This document shows, one piece after another, positions 54,195 to 62,776 of a stretch of DNA of 62,776 nucleotides; within the stretch, counting starts at the first letter, position 1; each line of letters begins with the position of its first letter. The DNA is from Candidatus Omnitrophota bacterium (GTDB lineage Bacteria > Omnitrophota > Gorgyraeia > Gygaellales > Profunditerraquicolaceae): NCBI GenBank assembly GCA_030691865.1, contig JAUYDL010000016.1:1-62776 (forward strand). The letters run 5' to 3'. The translations under genes and the position numbers were made by a program. The notes beneath the pieces are model-generated. The model saw nothing but the letters and a program-made list of their open reading frames with translations. It was not told where the DNA came from and searched no databases.

Positions 54195-54863
54195 ATGATT
54201 AAAGAGAACATTGAAAAAGTCCGTCAGCAAATCTTGGAAATTTGCGAGAAGGTTAAAACTGATCCTAGCAAAATCACGATACTCTGTGTAGCTAAAGGCA
54301 GGAGCGTCCAAGAGATACTAGAAGTAGTCAGCTTAGGGATCAACCATATAGGCGAAAACAGGGTGCAGGAAGCTCTGGAAAAATATAAACAAATTTCTGA
54401 CGTAAAGTGGCATATGGTCGGGCACTTGCAGTCAAATAAAGTAAGAGATGCTTTAAAAATATTTGATTTGATTCATTCTGTTGATAGTGTTAGTTTAGCG
54501 CGCCAAATTAATAAGCAAGCTCATAAAATGAATAAAATTCAGGATATCCTTCTGGAGGTTAAAACTTCTCAGGAGGTAAGGAAGTTTGGATTTAAGCCGG
54601 AACTGTTGGCTGAGGTTTGTGAGGAAATTATAAAATTTGATAATGTAAAAATTAAAGGGTTAATGACCATTGCTCCGCTGGTGGATAATGCCAATGAAAC
54701 CCGGCCATATTTTTCCAAACTTAGGCAGTTGCGTGATCAATTAAATCCTGATTGGTTGCTTTCTATGGGGATGTCCGATGATTTTGAGGTAGCTATAGAA
54801 GAAGGCGCCAATATTATAAGATTAGGCAGGGCCATATTTGAAAGACAATGTTTAATTTTTTAA
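54195..54863 (+). CDS. yggS: YggS-family pyridoxal-phosphate homeostasis protein
   Basis: CVAKGRS (PLP lysine), IGENRVQE, WHMVGHLQSNK, LSMGMSDDF. Confidence 0.88.
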   Translation: MIKENIEKVRQQILEICEKVKTDPSKITILCVAKGRSVQEILEVVSLGINHIGENRVQEALEKYKQISDVKWHMVGHLQSNKVRDALKIFDLIHSVDSVSLARQINKQAHKMNKIQDILLEVKTSQEVRKFGFKPELLAEVCEEIIKFDNVKIKGLMTIAPLVDNANETRPYFSKLRQLRDQLNPDWLLSMGMSDDFEVAIEEGANIIRLGRAIFERQCLIF

Positions 54864-55690
54864 GAAAAAAAATCGGAATTATTGGATTCGGCAATATGGG
54901 GCAGGCAATTGCCGAGAGGATTAGTTTAAAGTATGCGGTCTCGGTATTTGAAAAAGATACGGCCAAGACCAAAGGTTTAACTGGCATAGCGGTAGCATCC
55001 GATATTTCGCAGTTACTTAAACAAAGCCAGGCAATTATTTTAGCAATTAAACCTCAGGATTTTGAGCCGGTTATGGTGGAAATTAAGGATAACCTGCAAG
55101 ATAAATTAATTATTTCAATTGCCGCCGGGATTACTACTGAATATATTCAAAAGGTTTTAGGGAAGGTGAGGGTGGTTAGGGTAATGCCGAATTTGGCAGT
55201 TAAGGTCGGCCAAAGTACTACTTCTATCTGTAAGGGTGCATTTGCTACCGGCGGGGATATAAAGTTCGTAGCGGGGCTTTTTAAATATTTAGGAACTGTT
55301 TTTATTTTTTCCGAAGAGATGATGGATGCTGCAACGGCTATTGCGGGTAGCGGGCCGGCATATATTTTTTATGATATGGAAATCAACAAAGTAGATCCTT
55401 TAAAAATTCCGGAAGAATTTATGAATAAATATATTAAGAGGTTAAAGGATGCTGCGATTGAGGTGGGGTTTAATCCTAAAATCGCATCATATTTGTCTAT
55501 TGATACAGCAGCTTCCAGTGTTGGTCTTTTGGCGCAAACAGGTAATTCTCCCGCTCAGTTGTGCAAGATGATTACTTCGCCCGGTGGGACAACGGAGGCG
55601 GCGCTTAAGGTTATAATTAATGGAGGTTCCTGGTCTGAAGCAGCGGTCGCTGCTAAAAAACGCGCTCAGGAATTATCAAAAAAGGAGTAG
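54848..55690 (+). CDS. proC: pyrroline-5-carboxylate reductase
   Basis: IGIIGFGNMGQAI Rossmann motif, MPNLA, SPGGTTEAAL. Confidence 0.9.
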   Translation: MFNFLRKKIGIIGFGNMGQAIAERISLKYAVSVFEKDTAKTKGLTGIAVASDISQLLKQSQAIILAIKPQDFEPVMVEIKDNLQDKLIISIAAGITTEYIQKVLGKVRVVRVMPNLAVKVGQSTTSICKGAFATGGDIKFVAGLFKYLGTVFIFSEEMMDAATAIAGSGPAYIFYDMEINKVDPLKIPEEFMNKYIKRLKDAAIEVGFNPKIASYLSIDTAASSVGLLAQTGNSPAQLCKMITSPGGTTEAALKVIINGGSWSEAAVAAKKRAQELSKKE

Positions 55691-55692
55691 GT

Positions 55693-56565
55693 ATGTCACG
55701 AATTGGAGTTATCGGGGGCAGTGGTTTATATAGTCTTGAAGGGTTAACCCATAAAAAGGAGGTAGTATTAGATACTCCTTTTGGGAAACCTTCTGAAAAA
55801 TTATCTATCGGTGAATTGTTCGGAAAAGAAATTGTATTTTTACCGCGCCACGGAATAGGGCACCGTATATCTCCAAGCGAAATAAACTATCGTGCCAATA
55901 TCTTTGCCATGAAGAAGTTAGGAGTCGATAGAATTGTTTCAGTAACTGCATGCGGCAGTTTAAATGAAGAGATGCGCCCGCTCGATTTTGTGGTAGTAGA
56001 TCAGTATGTTGACCGTACCAACCAGGCAAGAAAAATGACATTTTTTGATAAAGGCATTGTTGCGCATATTTCTTTCTCGCATCCTGTTTGCCTGCAGCTC
56101 AGTGGTACTCTTTTTGACGCAGGGTATAGCTCAAGCAAAGATCTGCGTATTAAGATGCATAAGGGCGGCACCTATATTAATATGGAGGGCCCGCAATTTT
56201 CAACTCTGGCTGAATCTAATCTTTATCGCAGTTGGGGAATGGATGTAATCGGAATGACGAATATGCCCGAGGCCAGGCTTTGCCGCGAAGCAGAAATCTG
56301 TTATGCGACTTTGGCCTGCGTTACCGATTATGATTGCTGGCATCCTGATTTTGAAAAGATAACCGTGGATATGGTGATTAACAATTTGCATAAAAATATT
56401 AATAATGCTAAGAAGATTCTACACGGCCTGATAAAAAATCTTCCCGATAAGAGAAATTGCGGTTGTCAGCATGCGCTGAAAAATGCGATTATTACCGATA
56501 GAAAACTGATTCCGGCAAAAGTAAAAAAGGACTTAGATATAATTATTGGAAAGTATGTCAAATAA
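55693..56565 (+). CDS. mtnP: S-methyl-5'-thioadenosine phosphorylase
   Basis: IGVIGGSGLY, FLPRHG, MEGPQFST, GMTNMPEA motifs. Confidence 0.88.
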   Translation: MSRIGVIGGSGLYSLEGLTHKKEVVLDTPFGKPSEKLSIGELFGKEIVFLPRHGIGHRISPSEINYRANIFAMKKLGVDRIVSVTACGSLNEEMRPLDFVVVDQYVDRTNQARKMTFFDKGIVAHISFSHPVCLQLSGTLFDAGYSSSKDLRIKMHKGGTYINMEGPQFSTLAESNLYRSWGMDVIGMTNMPEARLCREAEICYATLACVTDYDCWHPDFEKITVDMVINNLHKNINNAKKILHGLIKNLPDKRNCGCQHALKNAIITDRKLIPAKVKKDLDIIIGKYVK

Positions 56566-59353
56566 TTCCGAATATAAACATACCCTGAATTTACCGAAAA
56601 CGGATTTTCCGATGAAGGCAGACCTGCCTAGTCGGGAGCCGCTTTTTCTGCAGAGCTGGATAGCTCAAGGCATTTATAAACTCATCAATGCTAATTCCAG
56701 CGGTAAACCAAAGTATATTTTACATGACGGCCCACCATATGCTAATGGCGATATTCACATTGGCCATGCTTTGAATAAAACCTTAAAAGATATTATCATA
56801 AAATATAAAACCCTGCGCGGCTATTCTTCCGCCTATGTGCCCGGATGGGATTGCCATGGCCTGCCTATTGAGCACCAGCTCTTTAAGGAGTTAAAAACCC
56901 ATAAGTCTAAGATCTCACGGTTAGATTTTCGTAAGCAGGCATTTGTTTATGCCAGTAAATATGTCTCGACGCAGAAGGAGCAGTTTAAGCGGCTGGGCAT
57001 CTTTGCCGATTGGGAGAATCCCTATCTTACTTTAAGCCATGATTATGAAGAAAGTATTCTTAATGCTTTGGCTAAACTTAATGAGCAAGGCTATTTGTAT
57101 CATGGATTAAAACCGGTGAATTGGTGTTTTAAGTGCGAGACGGCCTTGGCAGAAGCAGAGGTAGAGCACCAAGAGCATAGTTCACCATCCATCTATGTAA
57201 GATTTAGAATTAAGCCGACTGAAGGTTTTGGCCTTGAAAGTTTTCTGGTTATTTGGACGACTACCCCTTGGACATTGTTGGCCAACGTCGCGGTGGCAAT
57301 ACATCCGGATTTTACCTATCTTTATATTAATACTGAAAAAGGGAATTTGATTGTTGCCAAAGACTTGCTGTCCAGTTTCTTAACTAATAGCGGTATTGCT
57401 AAGCACGAAGTTATTAAAGAACTAAAGGGAAAGGATCTGGAGGGGGTGCTTTATACGCATCCTTTTATATCCAGAGAGGGCAGGGTAGTGTTAGCTAATT
57501 ATGTTTCCGGCCAGGAAGGTACGGGCTTAGTGCATACCGCCCCGGGCCATGGCAATGAAGACCATTTTACCGGGATTAAGTATAAATTAAATATAATTAT
57601 GCCGGTAGATGCCAGGGGAGTTTTTGATTCTACGGTCGGCCAATTCCAGGGGCTGCATGTTTATGATGCCAATCAGCCTATTCTTGAACAATTAGAAAAA
57701 ACCGGGGATCTGCTTTTTAATTCTAATATTGTGCATTCATATCCGCATTGTTGGCGTTGTAAGACCCCGGTAATTTTTAGGGCAACCAAGCAGTGGTTTT
57801 TGAATATGGAGCATAATGATTTAAGAAATAAATTGCTTTCGATAATTCGCCAAAATGTCAAATGGGTTCCGCCTGCAGGCCAGGAAAGAATTGCCGCCAT
57901 GGTTTCTTTGCGTCCGGATTGGTGCCTTTCGCGCCAGCGATACTGGGGTGTGCCTATTCCGGCTTTAATCTGCAATGATTGTCAGGAAGAATTTTTATCT
58001 ACTCAGGTAATCAGGAATTTTGCCGCCTTAACGGCTAAAAGTGGAACAGATTGCTGGTTTCAGCAACCGACGCAAGATTTCCTCGGGGTCGATATAAGCT
58101 GTCCGCATTGTAAGGGAAAGAATTTTTCCAAGGGGGTAGATATTTTAGATGTCTGGTTTGATTCCGGGGTCAGCAGCCAGGCAGTACTAAAGGTCAGGAG
58201 AGAGTTAGAATTTCCGGCCAGCCTTTATCTTGAAGGCTCAGATCAGCACCGCGGATGGTTTCAATCTTCACTTATCCCCTCGGTGTGTATTGAGGGTAAG
58301 GCGCCTTTTAAAAATGTACTCACGCACGGTTTTGTAGTCGATGGAGCGGGCCGTAAGATGTCCAAATCGAGCGGAAACGTAATTTCTCCTTTTGAAATTA
58401 TTAAGGTTTACGGCGCTGATATTTTAAGAATGTGGGTGGCTTCCAGCGACTATAATGAAGATATCCGGATCTCACCGGTAATTCTAACGCGCCTTTCTGA
58501 GGCCTATCGTAAAATTAGAAATACCGTTCGTTTTATCCTAAGTAATTTATATGATTTTGATCCGAATACTCATAAGACTGATCATCAAGATTTTAGAAAA
58601 ATTGATACCTGGATACTTGGCCGCTTGAATTCATTATCTCTTACGGTGGATAAAGCTTATAATGATTTTGAGTTTTATAAAGCCTATAAGGCAATTTATG
58701 ATTTCTGCAATGAGGAGCTTTCCATGTATTATCTGGATATGGTAAAGGGGCGATTATATACTTCTTTGGCTTCTTCGCCCCAGAGAAGAGCTGCGCAGAC
58801 GGTATTATATGAAGTGCTTAGTTGCCTGGTAAGGATCATTTCTCCGATATTGGTTTTTACCGCGGAAGAGATTTGGCAGAATATGCCTAAAGAGAATAAG
58901 GATGCCGGTTTGGCCAGTGTGCATCTTTTGAGTTGGCCGTCTCTTTATGCGTTAACGGAACAGGAGCAGGCTGTCGAAGAATTGCTCCAACCAGTTATAG
59001 ATTTAATTCCTATAGCCGCCAAGGCATTAGAAGAGATGCGTACGAGTGGGGCAATCGGCAGCTCTTTTGATGCGCAAATAAATATATTGACAAAAACACA
59101 GGATCGTTATACATTCTTACAAAGCTTCAATATTGAGCTGGGTGAGATTTTCAAAGTTTCACAGGTCAAGGTGACTCTGGATAAGGGTAATTCTGTGGAT
59201 CTTTCGGTTAAGGTAGAGAAGGCGCAAGGTACTAAATGCCTGCGTTGTTGGAATTATTCATTAGAGGTTGGAAAGAACCAGGCGCACCCTTTGATTTGTG
59301 ATAATTGTCTGGCGGCAATTGGGGAAAACCAAAGTGAAGAAAAAATTTTCTAA
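56555..59353 (+). CDS. ileS: isoleucine--tRNA ligase (type 1, zinc-finger C-terminus)
   Basis: MSNNSEYKHTLNLPKTDFPMKA N-terminus, HIGH (GDIHIGHA), KMSKS, and C-terminal CLRCW...CDNC. ATG 56555 preferred over TTG 56546. Confidence 0.95.
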   Translation: MSNNSEYKHTLNLPKTDFPMKADLPSREPLFLQSWIAQGIYKLINANSSGKPKYILHDGPPYANGDIHIGHALNKTLKDIIIKYKTLRGYSSAYVPGWDCHGLPIEHQLFKELKTHKSKISRLDFRKQAFVYASKYVSTQKEQFKRLGIFADWENPYLTLSHDYEESILNALAKLNEQGYLYHGLKPVNWCFKCETALAEAEVEHQEHSSPSIYVRFRIKPTEGFGLESFLVIWTTTPWTLLANVAVAIHPDFTYLYINTEKGNLIVAKDLLSSFLTNSGIAKHEVIKELKGKDLEGVLYTHPFISREGRVVLANYVSGQEGTGLVHTAPGHGNEDHFTGIKYKLNIIMPVDARGVFDSTVGQFQGLHVYDANQPILEQLEKTGDLLFNSNIVHSYPHCWRCKTPVIFRATKQWFLNMEHNDLRNKLLSIIRQNVKWVPPAGQERIAAMVSLRPDWCLSRQRYWGVPIPALICNDCQEEFLSTQVIRNFAALTAKSGTDCWFQQPTQDFLGVDISCPHCKGKNFSKGVDILDVWFDSGVSSQAVLKVRRELEFPASLYLEGSDQHRGWFQSSLIPSVCIEGKAPFKNVLTHGFVVDGAGRKMSKSSGNVISPFEIIKVYGADILRMWVASSDYNEDIRISPVILTRLSEAYRKIRNTVRFILSNLYDFDPNTHKTDHQDFRKIDTWILGRLNSLSLTVDKAYNDFEFYKAYKAIYDFCNEELSMYYLDMVKGRLYTSLASSPQRRAAQTVLYEVLSCLVRIISPILVFTAEEIWQNMPKENKDAGLASVHLLSWPSLYALTEQEQAVEELLQPVIDLIPIAAKALEEMRTSGAIGSSFDAQINILTKTQDRYTFLQSFNIELGEIFKVSQVKVTLDKGNSVDLSVKVEKAQGTKCLRCWNYSLEVGKNQAHPLICDNCLAAIGENQSEEKIF

Positions 59354-59717
59354 AAGCGATTTGAAGGATTTTAAGAAGATTGTGCTGAGGAAGAAAGAAG
59401 AGATACTCAGTGATCTTAAGCATATATCCGATGATACGTTAAGGAAATCACAAAAAGAGGCCTCCGGGGATATCTCCGGTTATACTTATCATATGGCGGA
59501 TGTCGCTACCGATAATTACGACCGCGAGTTCTCTTTGGGATTAGCTTCCAGTGAGAGAAAATCCCTTTATGAGTTGGATGATGCACTCAAGAGGATAGAA
59601 GAAGGGAGTTTCGGTATTTGCGATGATTGCAAGTCTTTTATTACTAAAATTAGATTAAAAGCAGTTCCTTCTGCCCGGTTATGTATCAAATGCCAGCAGA
59701 AAAGAGAGAAAAAATAA
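59334..59717 (+). CDS. DksA/TraR-family C4 zinc-finger protein
   Basis: C-terminal CDDC...17 aa...CIKC zinc finger. GTG 59334 preferred, which overlaps the ileS end by 20 nt. Same position as ylyA between ileS and lspA in B. subtilis. Confidence 0.75.
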   Translation: MKKKFSKSDLKDFKKIVLRKKEEILSDLKHISDDTLRKSQKEASGDISGYTYHMADVATDNYDREFSLGLASSERKSLYELDDALKRIEEGSFGICDDCKSFITKIRLKAVPSARLCIKCQQKREKK

Positions 59718-59742
59718 AAGCTTAAGGTGCTCAATTTATTAG

Positions 59743-60171
59743 ATGATTTTTATCATCGTTTTAAGCGTTATTTTATTGGATCAGGCCACTAAGTTTCTCG
59801 CCTTAAGATTTCTGCAACTAAACATCCCGGTTCCGGTAATAAAAAATTTTTTAAATTTGACCCTGGTGCATAATCGCGGGGCAGCCTTTGGTTTTTTTCA
59901 GAATCAGCTGCTTTTGTTTGTGTTGGTTTCGCTTTTTGCGATTGGGCTTATTCTCTACAATTTAAAAACAAATTCAATCATTTTAAAACTATCTTTAAGC
60001 CTGATTTTAGGCGGCTCAATAGGCAATCTTATTGACCGTCTGCGTTTTGGTTTTGTGATTGATTTTTTGGATCTGCGTATCTGGCCGGTTTTTAATATTG
60101 CGGATTCGGTGATCACCATAGCTGCGCTGGTATTAAGCTGGGAGTTATTATTTAATAAAAATGCTGCCTGA
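59743..60171 (+). CDS. lspA: lipoprotein signal peptidase (signal peptidase II)
   Basis: NRGAAFG, GNLIDR, and FNIADS motifs; 4 TM segments. Confidence 0.92.
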   Translation: MIFIIVLSVILLDQATKFLALRFLQLNIPVPVIKNFLNLTLVHNRGAAFGFFQNQLLLFVLVSLFAIGLILYNLKTNSIILKLSLSLILGGSIGNLIDRLRFGFVIDFLDLRIWPVFNIADSVITIAALVLSWELLFNKNAA

Positions 60172-60895
60172 AATTTTCCGTATAGGGAGTTTTACGATCT
60201 ATTCTTATGGTTTGATGCTGGTTTTGGCCTTTTTTGCTTGTACCTATTTAGCTACTTTACAAGCAAAAAAGGAGCAAATGGATGGCGAGGGAATATTTAA
60301 TCTTTGTTTCTATGTTTTTATTTTTGGTATAATCGGTTCTCGGATATTTTATGTGCTGATTAATGCTCGCTTTTATCTGCATAATCCCCTGGAGATCATT
60401 ATGCTGCAGCACGGAGGCATGGCCTGGTTCGGTGGTTTAATTTTTGGCGCTAGCGGAGCAATTCTGTTTATTAAGAAGCATAAAATGAATTTGCTTAGGA
60501 GTTTAGATTTACTGGCTCCTTTTATTGCCTTAGGTCAGGCGATTGGCAGGATAGGATGTCTTTTAAACGGCTGTTGTTTTGGCCGGGAATCTGAGTTTGG
60601 GTTATATTTTAAAGTCTTTGATCAGATTTTAATACCTACTCAGCTGTATTCTTCGTTGCTTTTGCTTTTAATCTTCATTACTTTAAGATTTAAACAAGAT
60701 GCCAAACATCTACCGGGTGAGATTCTCTGCAGTTATTTTTTTCTTTATTCACTAAAGCGTTTTTTTATTGAATTCTTGCGTAACGATAGCCCCAAGATGT
60801 TCTATGGGTTAACTCTTTTTCAGATTTTGAGTCTGGTGATGTTTTTTCTCTCTCTGGGCATGTTTATCAAGTTATTCGTGATCAAGAAAAAATAA
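60161..60895 (+). CDS. lgt: prolipoprotein diacylglyceryl transferase
   Basis: YGLMLVLAF, GGLIFG, GRIGCLLNGCCFG motifs. Confidence 0.9.
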   Translation: MLPEIFRIGSFTIYSYGLMLVLAFFACTYLATLQAKKEQMDGEGIFNLCFYVFIFGIIGSRIFYVLINARFYLHNPLEIIMLQHGGMAWFGGLIFGASGAILFIKKHKMNLLRSLDLLAPFIALGQAIGRIGCLLNGCCFGRESEFGLYFKVFDQILIPTQLYSSLLLLLIFITLRFKQDAKHLPGEILCSYFFLYSLKRFFIEFLRNDSPKMFYGLTLFQILSLVMFFLSLGMFIKLFVIKKK

Positions 60896-60896
60896 C

Positions 60897-60927
60897 GGGG
60901 ACGGTTCTAAAAAATAGAACCGTCCCC
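60897..60927. repeat. family A inverted repeat, copy 5 (short-loop form)
   Basis: GGGGACGGTTCT 60897-60908, loop aaaaaat, AGAACCGTCCCC 60916-60927. Starts 1 nt after the lgt stop. Confidence 0.85.
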
Positions 60928-61000
60928 TTGATTCTATGGGAATAGACCATGGAAGACTCTCGTTCGATTCGCTCACGAGGATTTTACTGGATGAAACTTA

Positions 61001-61915
61001 ATGGAAGAATTATTATTACAAGTTAAAGCCGAAGAGGCTAAAATGCGTTTGGATTTGCTCTTGACGGATTATTCCCTGCGTAATAATTTAGGCCTATCGC
61101 GTACAAATATTCAGAAGCTTATCCATGAAGGAAAAGTTTTTTTAAACTCCCGGATAGTTAATAAGCCGCACCATAAGTTAAATCCAAATGATGCGCTGCA
61201 GGTTTTTCTCCCGGAGAAAGAAAAAACAGAATTTTTACCGGAGCAGATATCTCTGGATATTGTTTATGAGGATAAAGACATACTCCTGATTAATAAGCAG
61301 GCGGGCTTAGTGGTACATCCGGCTCCGGGCAATCGGGCGCATACTTTAGTTAATGCTTTGTTGGGCCGCTCTACGGAACTCTCCGATATAAATAAAAATC
61401 GTCCTGGAATTGTGCATCGCCTAGACAAAGAAACTAGCGGGCTTCTAGTGATTGCTAAAAACAATGCCAGCCACTTAAAATTAGTTAAACAGTTTGCCCA
61501 GCACAGTATCCAGCGTAAATATATTGCTATTGTTTGCGGCCGGGTGGAGTTTGACGAGGATGTGATTGAGGCTCCGATTGGCCGGCATCCTCTAAAGCGA
61601 AAAAATATGGCAGTTTCATTTACGCAAAATACCAAATATGCCAAGACTTCTTATAAAACATTAAAGCGTTCCAAGGATTTTAGCCTCCTGGAACTGGCGC
61701 CTTTTACCGGCAGGACGCATCAACTCCGGGTGCATTTGGCTTACTTAGGATATCCGATACTTGGTGATGCTAAGTATGGAAAGAGGGATAATTTTTCCCG
61801 CCTGGCTTTACATGCCCAAGAGATCGGCTTTATCCATCCTTCCACAGGTAAGTTTATGCATTTCACCAGTAAGATTCCTTTAGAATTTCAGGAGTTTATT
61901 AAGAAAAACTTATAA
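61001..61915 (+). CDS. rluD: 23S rRNA pseudouridine synthase, RluD/RluA family
   Basis: N-terminal S4 domain, catalytic HRLDKETSGLLV, and HQLRVH motifs. Confidence 0.9.
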   Translation: MEELLLQVKAEEAKMRLDLLLTDYSLRNNLGLSRTNIQKLIHEGKVFLNSRIVNKPHHKLNPNDALQVFLPEKEKTEFLPEQISLDIVYEDKDILLINKQAGLVVHPAPGNRAHTLVNALLGRSTELSDINKNRPGIVHRLDKETSGLLVIAKNNASHLKLVKQFAQHSIQRKYIAIVCGRVEFDEDVIEAPIGRHPLKRKNMAVSFTQNTKYAKTSYKTLKRSKDFSLLELAPFTGRTHQLRVHLAYLGYPILGDAKYGKRDNFSRLALHAQEIGFIHPSTGKFMHFTSKIPLEFQEFIKKNL

Positions 61916-61918
61916 ACT

Positions 61919-62043
61919 GTGAGGGAAGATCCTTACGGCTATACGCTTCGAAAATTTGTTCCAAATTTTCTCGCAGCCGTAAGGATTAGTTCGGTCAGAT
62001 AACTTACGTCGCGCTTTCAGCGCTTCCGTAAGTTATGCCCTCA
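61919..62043. other. 125-nt Y-shaped structured element (closing stem plus two long hairpins)
   Basis: Closing stem GTGAGGG 61919-61925 / CCCTCAC 62037-62043. Hairpin 1: GATCCTTACGGCT 61928-61940 / AGCCGTAAGGAT 61975-61986, with inner CGAAAATTTG-ttc-CAAATTTTC. Hairpin 2: ATAACTTACG..GCGCT-ttc-AGCGC..CGTAAGTTAT 61999-62035. Confidence 0.6.
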
Positions 62044-62122
62044 CTAAATTTCTCTTGATTTTTACCTAACTAATGTTATATTAATGATTAATAAACTTAA
62101 TAAAACTATAAAAGGAGGCAAA

Positions 62123-62776
62123 ATGTATCGCAAAGGCTCAATCCTATTACCTGTCCTAATTGGATTATTTATTATTTCATTATTAGCTGCTGCGGGAGTA
62201 TTTTATTTGTATCAAAAGGAGCACGCGCAAAATGTCAAGCTTCAGGGGCAGATTGTTGAACTGGAGAATCGTCAGCGCCTTACCGCCAGCCAACTTGAAG
62301 AATCCAAAAAGATAGCTACAGATCTTGCGTTAAAATTACAAGAAGCTAAAAGTAAGATGGATTCTTTATCCGGCGAGTTGGCTGCGGAAAAATTAGCACA
62401 TGCCGAAACATCAAATAAATTAGAACAGTTTAAGACGGATCTTTCCAAGCAGAAATCTTTGCGGGAGGATCTTGAGAACCGGCTTAATCAGGTTCAAGAC
62501 GATGGCAAGCAAATTAAAGAACAAATAAAAATTATGCAACAGCAGAAAGTCGCGTTGGAGGAAAAAATTAAGGATCTAGAGACTGGCGCAGGTGGCGTAG
62601 AATTGGGTAAGGTTGTCGTTAATCCTGAGCTGCTCCCGCCGGCTAATGATCTTGCTTTGGTTCAACCTAAAATTGTGGATAAGCAAATTAACGCGTCGGA
62701 CGCTAAAGCCCTAAAGGTTACGACAAAAGATCAGCCTCGTTTGGTTAAGGGCCAAGAAGGTAATGTGATGGTTGTA
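62123..62776 (+). CDS. membrane-anchored coiled-coil protein (partial, runs off the window)
   Basis: AAGGAGG RBS, MYRKGSILLPVLIGLFIISLLAAAGVFYLY TM anchor, then heptad-rich Q/E/K/L sequence. Open to the last base. Confidence 0.6.
   Translation, partial: MYRKGSILLPVLIGLFIISLLAAAGVFYLYQKEHAQNVKLQGQIVELENRQRLTASQLEESKKIATDLALKLQEAKSKMDSLSGELAAEKLAHAETSNKLEQFKTDLSKQKSLREDLENRLNQVQDDGKQIKEQIKIMQQQKVALEEKIKDLETGAGGVELGKVVVNPELLPPANDLALVQPKIVDKQINASDAKALKVTTKDQPRLVKGQEGNVMVV

Overview
AT-rich bacterial chromosomal segment, almost entirely conserved housekeeping genes on the + strand. I cannot assign a lineage from sequence alone. The gene order resembles uncultivated or PVC-like and Firmicute-like layouts. 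Main blocks are listed below.
- 1-4.4 kb: a DUF5679-like small gene, rsfS, argS, recJ and rpmB.
- 4.6-10.2 kb: an ORF6N / LOG / UvrD-type helicase-nuclease trio. The helicase gene is interrupted by a 349-codon intein.
- 10-22 kb: plsC, rpsO-pnp, ftsK, rodZ, rimO, pgsA-pgpA, thpR-pncC.
- 22.3-27.4 kb: an FMN riboswitch followed by ribBA-ribH-nusB-PHP phosphatase-ribD-ribE.
- 27.5-36.4 kb: an HTH/LAGLIDADG-like ORF abutting tRNA-Pro(CGG), then acyP, ligA, xerD, cca and rbfA-nrnA-ribF.
- 36.7-53.5 kb: a complete dcw cluster (mraZ to ftsA) that ends without ftsZ and carries an extra secreted HExxH peptidase between murG and murC.
- 54-62.8 kb: yggS-proC-mtnP-ileS-dksA-like-lspA-lgt-rluD.

No CRISPR array, rRNA, transposase or obvious defence island was seen. 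The most interesting signals are these:
- The intein, whose central domain looks GIY-YIG/T5orf172-like rather than LAGLIDADG or HNH.
- The ftsZ-less end of the dcw cluster.
- A three-box MraZ operator.
- Several families of conserved palindromic elements. One 12-bp-stem family occurs five times directly after stop codons. Others are nested in the riboswitch leader or lie in-frame inside ribE and ftsK.
- A PHP phosphatase embedded in the riboflavin operon.

All functional calls rest on motifs I recognised by eye. No database search was run.
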